Position numbers and translations under genes: made by a program. Positions 1 through 7,697 of a stretch of DNA of 64,000 nt are shown piece by piece. The notes under the pieces are model-generated. The model was given only the letters and a program-made list of their open reading frames with translations, had not been told where the DNA came from and did not search any database. Each line of letters begins with the position of its first letter. The first letter of the stretch is position 1. The stretch is from Nitriliruptorales bacterium (GTDB taxonomy: Bacteria; Actinomycetota; Nitriliruptoria; Euzebyales; JAHELV01): the NCBI GenBank assembly GCA_024644015.1, contig JAHELV010000002.1, positions 57,799 to 121,798 on the forward strand, read 5' to 3'.

Positions 1-346
1 CAACCTCGGCTCGGGCGCGGTGCATGCCCCGACGGCGGGCGTCGGCGGCTACGCCGCCGTCAAAGCGGCCATCACGGCGCTGAGCCGGACCGCGGCACTC
101 GAGTTCGCCGACGACGGCATCCGCGTCAACACCATCGTGCCGTTCGCGCTGACCCCGTCGGTGCAGGCCGTGTTCGACGCCAACCCCGACCACCGCGACG
201 CAGCCGTCGCCAGCGTCCCGCTCGGACGGATCGGTGACCCGCTTGCCGACATCGGTCGTGCGGTGGCGTTCCTGTGCGGTCCCGACGCGGGCTACATCAC
301 CGGCACGGTTCTGACGATCGACGGCGGGGAAACCTACCTGCGGTGA
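1..346 (+). CDS. Short-chain dehydrogenase/reductase (SDR), C-terminal fragment; the N-terminus lies upstream of the window
   Basis: Frame 2 is open from the window edge. The translation carries the SDR catalytic Y-x-x-x-K (GGYAAVKAA) and the typical C-terminal ITGTVLTIDGG. Stop at 344-346. Confidence 0.85.
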   Translation, partial: NLGSGAVHAPTAGVGGYAAVKAAITALSRTAALEFADDGIRVNTIVPFALTPSVQAVFDANPDHRDAAVASVPLGRIGDPLADIGRAVAFLCGPDAGYITGTVLTIDGGETYLR

Positions 347-476
347 ACCGAAGCGGCACGTGGGCGACGCGGAAGATGGCCAGGCACCGACGCCCCCTCG
401 TCTCCGGCCTTGACCTTCCACGACTCCACGTGTTTGCTGGCGTCCAAGCCCGATCTCGTCGTCGGAAGGGTGGGCG

Positions 477-1391
477 ATGACCAGCGTCGTCGTGTCGTCC
501 GGTCGACTTCGGATGCTCGACGGCGATGTCCCGGGCGAGCCGCACGACGGTGGTCAGATGACCGCGCTGGCGACCCGCGACGGCACGACGTGGTACGCCG
601 TCGTCGATCATCACGTTGTGCTGCGCGGTGCGCCCACCGCCACGTGGAGCGTGGTCGCCGAGGCCGAAGATGCCGGGATCACCTGCCTGCTCGAGACGAG
701 CGTGGGGCTGTTCGCCGGAACCGAGGGCGCGCACCTGCTGCGCCTCGACGGGGAAACCCTGGTGCCCGTCGCGTCGTTCGAGCACGCGCCGGGCAGAACC
801 GGCTGGTACACCCCGTGGGGTGGTCCGCCTGCGGTGCGCACCCTGAGCGAGGCAGCCGACGGCACGCTGTACGTCAACGTGCACGTCGGCGGCATCGTGC
901 GGTCGCGTGACGCCGGGCTGACGTGGCACCCGACGATCGACATCGACACCGACGTCCACCAGGTTCTCGTGCACCGTGGGTCGGGCGTGGTGTTCGCCGC
1001 ATGCGGCGTCGGTGGTCTCGCGACCAGCACCGACGGTGGAGACCATTGGGCGATCGACGCGGACGGACTGCACGGCCAGTACTGCCGTGCCGTCGCCGTG
1101 TCGGGTCGCACGGTGCTCGTCAGCGCGTCGACCGGTCCGGGCAGCCGACGGGGTGCGTTGTACCGCCGGAGCTTGTCGGGCGGTCAGTTCGAGCGGTGCG
1201 AGGCGGGCCTGCCTGAATGGTTCGCCGGCAACATCGACAGCGGCTGGTTGGACGCGGACGACCAGCGGTGCCTGTTCGCCGAGCCAGACGGTCGGGTCTA
1301 CGAATCGGTCGACGAGGGCCGTTCCTGGACGGAGGTCGCGCACGGACTTCGCGACGTCCGCGCCGTCATCTCGTCTGCCGACGCCGGGTAG
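477..1391 (+). CDS. BNR/Asp-box repeat beta-propeller protein (sialidase-like or Ycf48-like), function unknown
   Basis: ATG at 477 is preceded by GGAAGGG. Three Asp-box motifs (S-x-D-x-G-x-T/H/S-W) are present: SRDAGLTWH, STDGGDHWA, SVDEGRSWT. GC3 is high. Confidence 0.6.
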   Translation: MTSVVVSSGRLRMLDGDVPGEPHDGGQMTALATRDGTTWYAVVDHHVVLRGAPTATWSVVAEAEDAGITCLLETSVGLFAGTEGAHLLRLDGETLVPVASFEHAPGRTGWYTPWGGPPAVRTLSEAADGTLYVNVHVGGIVRSRDAGLTWHPTIDIDTDVHQVLVHRGSGVVFAACGVGGLATSTDGGDHWAIDADGLHGQYCRAVAVSGRTVLVSASTGPGSRRGALYRRSLSGGQFERCEAGLPEWFAGNIDSGWLDADDQRCLFAEPDGRVYESVDEGRSWTEVAHGLRDVRAVISSADAG

Positions 1392-1501
1392 GCGCGTTCG
1401 TCGCGGAAGCGAGAACCCCTTGACGGCGTCGGCGTGTCGGCCTTCAATCGCAGCGTCGTCCGCGCCGCTCGGCATCCCGATCGGACGACGGGGAGTACAC
1501 G

Positions 1502-2557
1502 ATGAAGGCGCTCGTCTACCACGGTCCCGGCAACAAGGCGTGGGAGGAGGTACCGGATCCCCAGCTCCGCGAGCCCACCGACGTGATCGTGCAGATCGAC
1601 ACGACGACGATCTGTGGGACCGACCTGCACATCCTGAAGGGGGACGTCCCGGCGGTGACCGATGGTCGGGTGCTCGGCCACGAGGGCGTCGGCACGGTGA
1701 CCGCGGTCGGTTCGGCGGTCAACAGCCTCTCCGACGGCGACCGCGTGATCATCTCGTGCATCACGTCGTGCGGGTCGTGTTCGTACTGCCAGCGACAGCT
1801 TCCGTCGCATTGCCTCGCCGACGAGGGCACGTCGGGGATCGGTTGGATCTTCGGGCACCTCATCGACGGCACCCAGGCGGAGTACGTGCGAGTACCGTTC
1901 GCCGACACGTCGCTGTACAAGCTCCCGGAGGGGGTCGGCGACGAGGCGGCTGCGATGCTCTCGGACATCCTGCCGACCGGCTTCGAGATCGGCGTGCGCA
2001 ACGGTCGCGTCAAGCCCGGTGATGTCGTCGCCGTCGTCGGTGCCGGCCCGGTCGGGCTGTCCGCCATCATGACCGCAGGCCTGTACGGGGCGGCACGCGT
2101 GATCGCGATCGACCTCGACGACAACCGCCGAGAGCTGGCGAAGTCGTTCGGCGCCACCGACAGCGTCGACAGCGGCGCCGCCGGATGGAGGGACCAGGTG
2201 CTGGCGATGACCGACGGACTCGGCGTCGATGTCGCCATCGAAGCGGTCGGGATTCCTCAGACCTTCGACATGTGCACGCAGCTCATCCGCCCCGGAGGCA
2301 CGGTTGCCAACGTCGGCGTGCACGGCGCCCCGGTCGAGCTCCAGCTGCAGGATCTGTGGATCAAGGACGTCGCCATCACCACCGGCCTCGTCAGCGCCAC
2401 GACCACGTCCATGCTGCTCAAGCTGGTCGCCCAGGGCAAGCTGCACCCCGAGCAGTTCGTCACGCACCGGTTCAAGCTGGACGAGGTGATGGACGCCTAC
2501 GACACGTTCGGGCGCGCTGCCGAGACCAAGGCCATCAAGGTCGCGCTCGCGAGGTGA
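1502..2557 (+). CDS. Zinc-dependent (MDR family) alcohol dehydrogenase
   Basis: N-terminus MKALVYHGPG. Catalytic-zinc region ICGTDLH...GHEGVGTVTAVG. Structural-zinc Cys cluster CITSCGSCSYC. Rossmann motif VVGAGPVGL. RBS GGGGAG lies upstream. Confidence 0.9.
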   Translation: MKALVYHGPGNKAWEEVPDPQLREPTDVIVQIDTTTICGTDLHILKGDVPAVTDGRVLGHEGVGTVTAVGSAVNSLSDGDRVIISCITSCGSCSYCQRQLPSHCLADEGTSGIGWIFGHLIDGTQAEYVRVPFADTSLYKLPEGVGDEAAAMLSDILPTGFEIGVRNGRVKPGDVVAVVGAGPVGLSAIMTAGLYGAARVIAIDLDDNRRELAKSFGATDSVDSGAAGWRDQVLAMTDGLGVDVAIEAVGIPQTFDMCTQLIRPGGTVANVGVHGAPVELQLQDLWIKDVAITTGLVSATTTSMLLKLVAQGKLHPEQFVTHRFKLDEVMDAYDTFGRAAETKAIKVALAR

Positions 2558-2596
2558 GGCGCTCGGCGCCGGGCGCGGGTTGGCTCGGTCGCGTGA

Positions 2597-2917
2597 TCAG
2601 GTGGTCGACAGTTCGTCGGTGAACATGCGATAGGAACCGACGAGGGTTGCGGGTTGTGCGTCGGGTTCGTGACCGGGTTCGCAGCGGTCGTTGATCTCGC
2701 GCTGGAACTCGGTGAAGGCGGCGCTGCTGCCCAGCGGGTTGGTGTCGCCTTCGATGTCGGCGATGTGCACGAAGGTGCCGTCGGCGAGTCGGAACGTGGC
2801 GTAGCGGAGCCCACCAGGATCAGCGGAGCCGAGCTCGGCGAACACGGCCTCGACGAGGCGCTGGTTCTCGTCAGCGCGGTCGGCTTTCGGTCGGTAGCGA
2901 ACGACGACGGTGCTCAT
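2597..2917 (-). CDS. Small ABM-like (dimeric alpha-beta barrel, antibiotic-biosynthesis-monooxygenase fold) protein
   Basis: I trimmed the 143-aa track ORF to the internal ATG (MSTVVVRYRPKADRADEN...). Size (~106 aa) and sequence pattern fit ABM/DUF-type barrels. It lies downstream of, and on the same strand as, the ArsR gene. Confidence 0.5.
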   Translation of the reverse strand: MSTVVVRYRPKADRADENQRLVEAVFAELGSADPGGLRYATFRLADGTFVHIADIEGDTNPLGSSAAFTEFQREINDRCEPGHEPDAQPATLVGSYRMFTDELSTT

Positions 2918-3032
2918 GTCGGTGTCCTTCTCACGAGACGGCTGGAAGGTGTGCCGCCTGCGTATGTGTTCGGTAACCGTAGCGGCATGGTTGTCGAATC
3001 GCTCGGGGCCACGTCCATGGCCCGGCATCCGG

Positions 3033-3395
3033 TCACCGGCCCTCGTCGAGGACAGTGCAGCAACCCACGGCGACGGTGTTGTCAGTCAGGAACTGGCGGG
3101 CGATGGCGATGAACCGTTCGGCTCGGGGATCGATCACCCGATAGGTGACGGTGCGGCCGTCGCGTTCGGCGGCCACGAACCCGCACCACGCGAGGCAGGC
3201 CAGGTGCTCCGACACGCGTGGCTGCGGGGCGCCGAGCACCTCGACGAGTTCACGCTGGGTCGCTTCGCCTCGGTCCAGCAGCGTCTCCAGCAGCCGTAGC
3301 CGAGTGGCGTCTCCCAGCGTGCGAAAGACGCGAGCGAGCAGTTCGTGCTCGGGCAGCGCGATCGGTTCGGCGGTGACGATGCTGGGGCGCGCCAC
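3033..3395 (-). CDS. ArsR/SmtB family metal-responsive transcriptional regulator (actinobacterial MerR-equivalent type)
   Basis: Winged-HTH core LLARVFRTLGDATRLRLLETLLDRGEATQRELVEVLGAPQPRVSEHLACLAWCGFV with Cys residues in the alpha5-like region, and a C-terminal VGCC. GTG start at 3395 was chosen because the track ORF upstream of it runs through the AT-rich promoter island. Confidence 0.8.
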   Translation of the reverse strand: MARPSIVTAEPIALPEHELLARVFRTLGDATRLRLLETLLDRGEATQRELVEVLGAPQPRVSEHLACLAWCGFVAAERDGRTVTYRVIDPRAERFIAIARQFLTDNTVAVGCCTVLDEGR

Positions 3396-3436
3396 GGGTG
3401 TGGGCTCCTGACGAGGGCGAGGTCTGCAGGCCCACA

Positions 3437-3497
3437 ATATCGGTTGAAGCGATGAATGCTCTTGAAAGATATGTTTTAGCAGATATGATTTGGACGG
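3437..3497. promoter_or_regulatory. AT-rich divergent promoter/operator island between the ArsR-type regulator and the flavoprotein-merB genes
   Basis: This is the only strongly AT-rich stretch in this part of the window. It contains AGATATG twice in direct repeat (3467-3473 and 3481-3487, 14-bp period) and an ATATC...GATAT inverted arrangement. It sits between two divergent start codons (3395 and 3620). Confidence 0.4.
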
Positions 3498-3619
3498 TTG
3501 GGCACCGAGGTCCGAACCCGGCGCTGCAGGAGCGAACACGATGACAGGGCGAATGAGCGCGTTGGCTGCCCTCACGCTCGACGGCGACGTCGTCGAGCTG
3601 CGATGCGTCGCCGCCTGAC

Positions 3620-4996
3620 ATGGTCACCCGGTACGACACCATGGTCGTCGGCGGTGGGATGTCCGGTCTGCCCATCGCGCTGCGCGCTGCGCGTCACGGC
3701 CGTACCGCGTTCGTCGAGCGTGAGCTGCTGGGCGGGACATGCCTCAACCGTGGCTGCATCCCGACCAAGACGATGATCGCCTCGGCGAAGGCAGCGCAGC
3801 AGGTCCGGCGCTCCGCAGACTTCGGCGTGCACAGCGATGGGCTGCGGGTCGACCTCGGCGAGGTGGTGGACCGCAAGGATCAGGTCGTGGAGTCGATCCG
3901 CAGCGGCTCGTATCGTGCCGTCGGCAGAAGCAGCGACCTGGACCTGATCGCCGCGCACGGCCGGTTCACCGGCCCCCACCGGCTCGAGGTCGATGGCGGC
4001 ACGATCGTGGCGGACCGGGTCTTTCTCAACACGGGCACTCGCGACACGATCCCGCCGATCGACGGGCTCGACGGCGTGCCGTATCTCACGTCGCGCACCG
4101 TCCTCGACCAGCGCGAGCTTCCCGGCCACCTCATCGTGGTCGGCGGCGGGTTCGTCGGCGTCGAGTTCGCCCAGATGTTCGCCCGGTATGGCTCGCGGGT
4201 GACCGTTGTCCAGCGGGCCGAGCGGCTCGTCCCGTCCGAGGACCCCGCGGCCTCCGACGTTGTCGCCGAGGCGTTCCGTGACGAGAGCATCGAGATGCTG
4301 CTGTCGACGGCCTGCGTCGGCGTGGACGGCACCGCTGGCAACATCCGCGTCGCCTGCGAGGGTGCCGAGACCGCAGAGGTGGTCGGCACGCACGTGCTCA
4401 TCGCCGCCGGCCGCACCCCGAACACCGACGATGTCGGCGTCGAGCATCTCGGGCTCGACCTCGACGACCGCGGTTACGTACCCGTCGACGGGCGGCTGCA
4501 TGCCGAGGCGGACGGGGTCTGGGCACTGGGCGACCTGCGCGGGCGCGACATGTTCACCCACACCGCGCGCGACGACGCCGACGTCGCCTACCGCACCGTG
4601 TTCAAGGGCCAGGACCGCACGATCGCTGACCGCATCGTGCCCCACGCGGTGTTCGTCGATCCTGAGATCGCGTCGGTCGGCATGACAGAACAGCAGGCGC
4701 GCGACGCCGGCCACGACGTCGCGATCGGCATCCAACGTTTCGCCGGTGTCGCCAGGGCCAGGGCCATCGGCGAGACCCGCGGGTTCATTCGGTTCGTCGC
4801 AGACGCCGCAACCGACCGCATCCTGGGCTGTCACATCGTCGGCCCCGAGGCCGGCAATCTGGTCCACGAGGCGGTCGTCGCGATGGTCGCCGGCGCGTCG
4901 TACAGCGACATCGGCCGCGCCATCCACATCCATCCCACGCTGGCCGAGGGTGTCAACTCGGCCGCCGGCGGCGTGCACCGACCGTCGTCTGACTGA
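3620..4996 (+). CDS. Class I FAD-dependent pyridine nucleotide-disulfide oxidoreductase. It sits in the MerA position but has lipoamide-dehydrogenase/glutathione-reductase-type motifs.
   Basis: FAD dinucleotide fold YDTMVVGGGMSGL. Redox-active disulfide GGTCLNRGCIPTK. NAD fold LIVVGGGFVGVEFA. The C-terminal HIHPTLAEGV is a His-Glu dyad. There is no C-terminal Cys-Cys pair and no NmerA domain. Confidence 0.85.
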   Translation: MVTRYDTMVVGGGMSGLPIALRAARHGRTAFVERELLGGTCLNRGCIPTKTMIASAKAAQQVRRSADFGVHSDGLRVDLGEVVDRKDQVVESIRSGSYRAVGRSSDLDLIAAHGRFTGPHRLEVDGGTIVADRVFLNTGTRDTIPPIDGLDGVPYLTSRTVLDQRELPGHLIVVGGGFVGVEFAQMFARYGSRVTVVQRAERLVPSEDPAASDVVAEAFRDESIEMLLSTACVGVDGTAGNIRVACEGAETAEVVGTHVLIAAGRTPNTDDVGVEHLGLDLDDRGYVPVDGRLHAEADGVWALGDLRGRDMFTHTARDDADVAYRTVFKGQDRTIADRIVPHAVFVDPEIASVGMTEQQARDAGHDVAIGIQRFAGVARARAIGETRGFIRFVADAATDRILGCHIVGPEAGNLVHEAVVAMVAGASYSDIGRAIHIHPTLAEGVNSAAGGVHRPSSD

Positions 4997-5012
4997 GTCT
5001 GGAGGCCACGTG

Positions 5013-5666
5013 ATGACCGCCACCGCACCGACCTACGACGAGATCGTCGCCCGGCTGTCCGACGCCAGCGTCGCGCTCGACCCCGACGACCAGCGCCTCG
5101 CGCTCACGCTGCTGCGCACCCTCGCCGACGGCGACCCGGTGTCGGCTGCGGCGCTGGCCGGGCGCACAGGCCAGAGCCCGCGGCAGGCCGCGGCGTTCAT
5201 CGACCGCCTGCCCGGCATCTACAGCAATGACGACGGCGACGTCGTCGGGATGTGGGGGCTGGCCGCCACCCACTTCCCGCCCCACGCCTACCGCGTCGGC
5301 GACACGGACCTGTTCACGTGGTGCGCGTGGGATCCGTTCATCCTGACCGACTGGCTCGGCGGCACCGCCGAGGTGACGTCGGTCGATGCGCACACAACGC
5401 AACCGGTCAGCTTTCGAATCGACCACGGACGCGCCGTCGACCTGTCCCATCCCGGGCTGGTGCTGTCGTTCAAGCTCGTCGATGAATGGGACGCCGACGT
5501 GATCGCCAGCTTCTGCCACTTCGTGCACTACTTCACCGACGAGCAGTCCGCACGCGCCTGGACCGCCGAGCACCCCGACACGTTCGTGCTGTCACTGGAC
5601 GACGCGATCCGGCTCGGGCAGGTCTGGGGCCGGCTGGTGTTCCCCGACCTCGACCCGCACGACTGA
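5013..5666 (+). CDS. merB: Organomercurial lyase MerB
   Basis: GGAGG RBS at 5001-5005, ATG at 5013. Clear colinear similarity to R831b MerB as recalled from memory: LFTWCAWDPFILTDWLGGTAEVTS (Cys96/Asp99 equivalents) and VIASFCHFVHYFTD (Cys159 equivalent). Confidence 0.85.
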   Translation: MTATAPTYDEIVARLSDASVALDPDDQRLALTLLRTLADGDPVSAAALAGRTGQSPRQAAAFIDRLPGIYSNDDGDVVGMWGLAATHFPPHAYRVGDTDLFTWCAWDPFILTDWLGGTAEVTSVDAHTTQPVSFRIDHGRAVDLSHPGLVLSFKLVDEWDADVIASFCHFVHYFTDEQSARAWTAEHPDTFVLSLDDAIRLGQVWGRLVFPDLDPHD

Positions 5667-5754
5667 CATGTACGGCGCCGGAGGGGTGGAGTCCACGGTG
5701 GGGAGGCGTCCGCAGCGCCGGTCTGCGGGGGCGGCGCACGTGTAGGGTCTGGCG

Positions 5755-7017
5755 ATGAGCGCTGGCGTTCGTCGTGTGATTCGGACCTACCTGACGCTGA
5801 CGTTGCTCTCGACGCTGGCCGCGTCGTTCATCTGGGGGATCAACACGCTGTTCCTGCTGGACGCCGGGTTGAGCAACACCGGTGCGTTCACGGCCAACGC
5901 GTTCTTCACCGCGGGGCAGGTCGGATTCGAGATCCCGACCGGTGTTGTGGCGGACACACGCGGCAGACGGACGTCCTACCTGCTGGGCGCGGCCACGCTC
6001 TTCGCATCGACCCTGCTGTACGTGTGGATGTGGCAGGCCCAGGCGGCGCTGTGGGGCTGGGCGCTCGCGTCGATCCTCATCGGGCTGGGGTTCACGTTCT
6101 TCTCGGGCGCGGTCGAGGCGTGGCTGGTCGACGCGCTCGGCGCGAACGGCTACGACGGGGACCTCGAGTCCGTGTTCGCCAGGGGACAGGTCGTCGCGGG
6201 CGTGGCGATGCTCACAGGGTCGGTGACGGGCGGAGCAGTCGCGCAGGTCACGAACCTCGGCGTGCCGTACGTCATGCGCGCCGTGCTGCTCGCCGCGGTG
6301 TTCGCCGTCGCGTACATTGCGATGCGCGACGAGGGGTTCACGCCGCACCGCGGCAGCGGTCCCATCGACGAGATCCGGTCGGTTGTCAGTGCCTCACTCG
6401 ACCACGGGTGGCGCAACCCGCCGGTGCGGTGGGTCATGCTGGCTGCGCCCTTCACGATGGGTGCCGGCATCTTCGCGTTCTACGCCATGCAGCCGTATCT
6501 GCTGGAGCTGTACGGAGACCAGTCGGCCTTCGGCATCGCGGGGCTGGCGGCGGCCATCGTCGCCGGCGCCCAGGTCGTCGGTGGCATCCTCGTCCCGCGG
6601 ATCCGCAGGATCTTCGCGCGCAGGACCGACGCGCTGATCGCTGCCGCCGCAGTCAGCGTAGTGGTGCTTGCGGGTCTCGGGCTGACGTCGAGCTTCTGGG
6701 TCGCGTTGACGCTGATCTCGGTGTGGGCGCTGACCTTCGCCGCCAGCAGCCCGCTCCGGCAGGCGTTCATCAACGGGGTGATCCCATCGGAGCAACGCGC
6801 GACGGTGCTGTCGTTCGACGCACTCATGGGTTCAGCGGGAGGAGTCGTCGCCCAGCCGGCGTTGGGACGCGCCGCGGACGTCTGGAGCTTCTCGGTCGCG
6901 TACGGCATCACTGCGATCGTCACGGCTGTCGCCGTTCCGTTCTATGCTCTCGCCCGCCGGGAGCGTGCGGTCTCCGACCCGATCGAACAGTATCGCCCGA
7001 TCGCCGCCGCACCGTAG
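5755..7017 (+). CDS. MFS transporter (12-TM type)
   Basis: Hydrophobic multi-span sequence with the MFS loop 2-3 motif GVVADTRGRRTSYLLG. 420 aa. Confidence 0.85.
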   Translation: MSAGVRRVIRTYLTLTLLSTLAASFIWGINTLFLLDAGLSNTGAFTANAFFTAGQVGFEIPTGVVADTRGRRTSYLLGAATLFASTLLYVWMWQAQAALWGWALASILIGLGFTFFSGAVEAWLVDALGANGYDGDLESVFARGQVVAGVAMLTGSVTGGAVAQVTNLGVPYVMRAVLLAAVFAVAYIAMRDEGFTPHRGSGPIDEIRSVVSASLDHGWRNPPVRWVMLAAPFTMGAGIFAFYAMQPYLLELYGDQSAFGIAGLAAAIVAGAQVVGGILVPRIRRIFARRTDALIAAAAVSVVVLAGLGLTSSFWVALTLISVWALTFAASSPLRQAFINGVIPSEQRATVLSFDALMGSAGGVVAQPALGRAADVWSFSVAYGITAIVTAVAVPFYALARRERAVSDPIEQYRPIAAAP

Positions 7018-7075
7018 CCCCCCGCGGAGACCGCTGGCGCGACAGGCGATCCCGCGACCGACCGCCGCGTGCTGT

Positions 7076-7564
7076 TCAGTTGTCGATCGGCTCGGTGAAC
7101 GGAGCTCGCCACCTCGGCGCTTCGAACGGCTCGGCGAAGTAGTTGGTCTCCCTCCAGACCAGGCCGTCACGGTACTCCAGGATCTGCACCCAGTAGTAGA
7201 CCTTCCCGTCCGGCCAGCGACCCTTTCCCTCGAGCGTCACGAGGTCGCCCGTGTCAGATACCTGAATGATCGGTGTCGATACGAACGGCATCGGCGTCAC
7301 CGCGCTGGACACCTTGGCCTTCTGCCGTCCGCCTCGCACCGTCTGGTGGGCAAGATGCTCGCGGCCGAAACGGGTGGCGTAGTCGGTGTGCGCTCCGACC
7401 CAGTTGTCATGGCCTCGGAACCGCTCGCCGGACTGCGGATACGTGCAGATGTAGTCCGGATGCCGGAGTTCGCCCAGCGCTGCGAAGTCCAACCGCGCGG
7501 TAGCTTCCTGGTACCGGCGAACCCGTTCGCTCACGCCCGCCTCCTCAGACCGTGCAGCGGTCAT
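7076..7564 (-). CDS. SnoaL-like / NTF2-fold (ketosteroid-isomerase-like) protein
   Basis: I trimmed the track ORF to the internal ATG (MTAARSEEAGVSERVRRYQEA...). The pattern RLDFAALGELRHPDY...GKVYYWVQILEYRDGLVWRETNYF is typical of the NTF2-like cone fold. Confidence 0.6.
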   Translation of the reverse strand: MTAARSEEAGVSERVRRYQEATARLDFAALGELRHPDYICTYPQSGERFRGHDNWVGAHTDYATRFGREHLAHQTVRGGRQKAKVSSAVTPMPFVSTPIIQVSDTGDLVTLEGKGRWPDGKVYYWVQILEYRDGLVWRETNYFAEPFEAPRWRAPFTEPIDN

Positions 7565-7697
7565 CCAAGCATAGTGTCGTCGCTGTGCACGGCCGACCGG
7601 GTGGCGGTCGCTATCTCGAGTCGGCGGGGAAGCCAAGCGCGAACTTCATGACCTCGCGGCCGAACAGGAAGATCGCGGGAGCGGGTCTTCCCGCGCG

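Noticed and set aside
297-1475. Long antisense ORFs throughout the track, for example 297-1475(-), 1298-2467(-), 3572-5023(-), 5533-6348(-), 15075-16652(+), 25723-26922(+), 37079-39163(+) and 47654-49759(+).
   Set aside because: Their translations are dominated by Arg, Pro, Gly and Ala and contain no motifs. Each lies exactly opposite a gene with strong family signatures. Such open antisense frames are expected in very GC-rich DNA because stop codons are AT-rich.
3620-4996. Calling this gene merA (mercuric reductase) because it precedes merB.
   Set aside because: It lacks the C-terminal Cys-Cys pair and NmerA. It has the HxxxxE dyad of the glutathione-reductase/LPD type. I kept it as a generic class I disulfide oxidoreductase and raised the discrepancy as a finding instead.
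5667-5754. A small hairpin, CCGCAG-N7-CTGCGG, after merB as a terminator.
   Set aside because: The stem is only 6 bp, there is no T-tract, and it lies 40-60 nt from the stop. It cannot be told apart from chance palindromes in GC-rich DNA.
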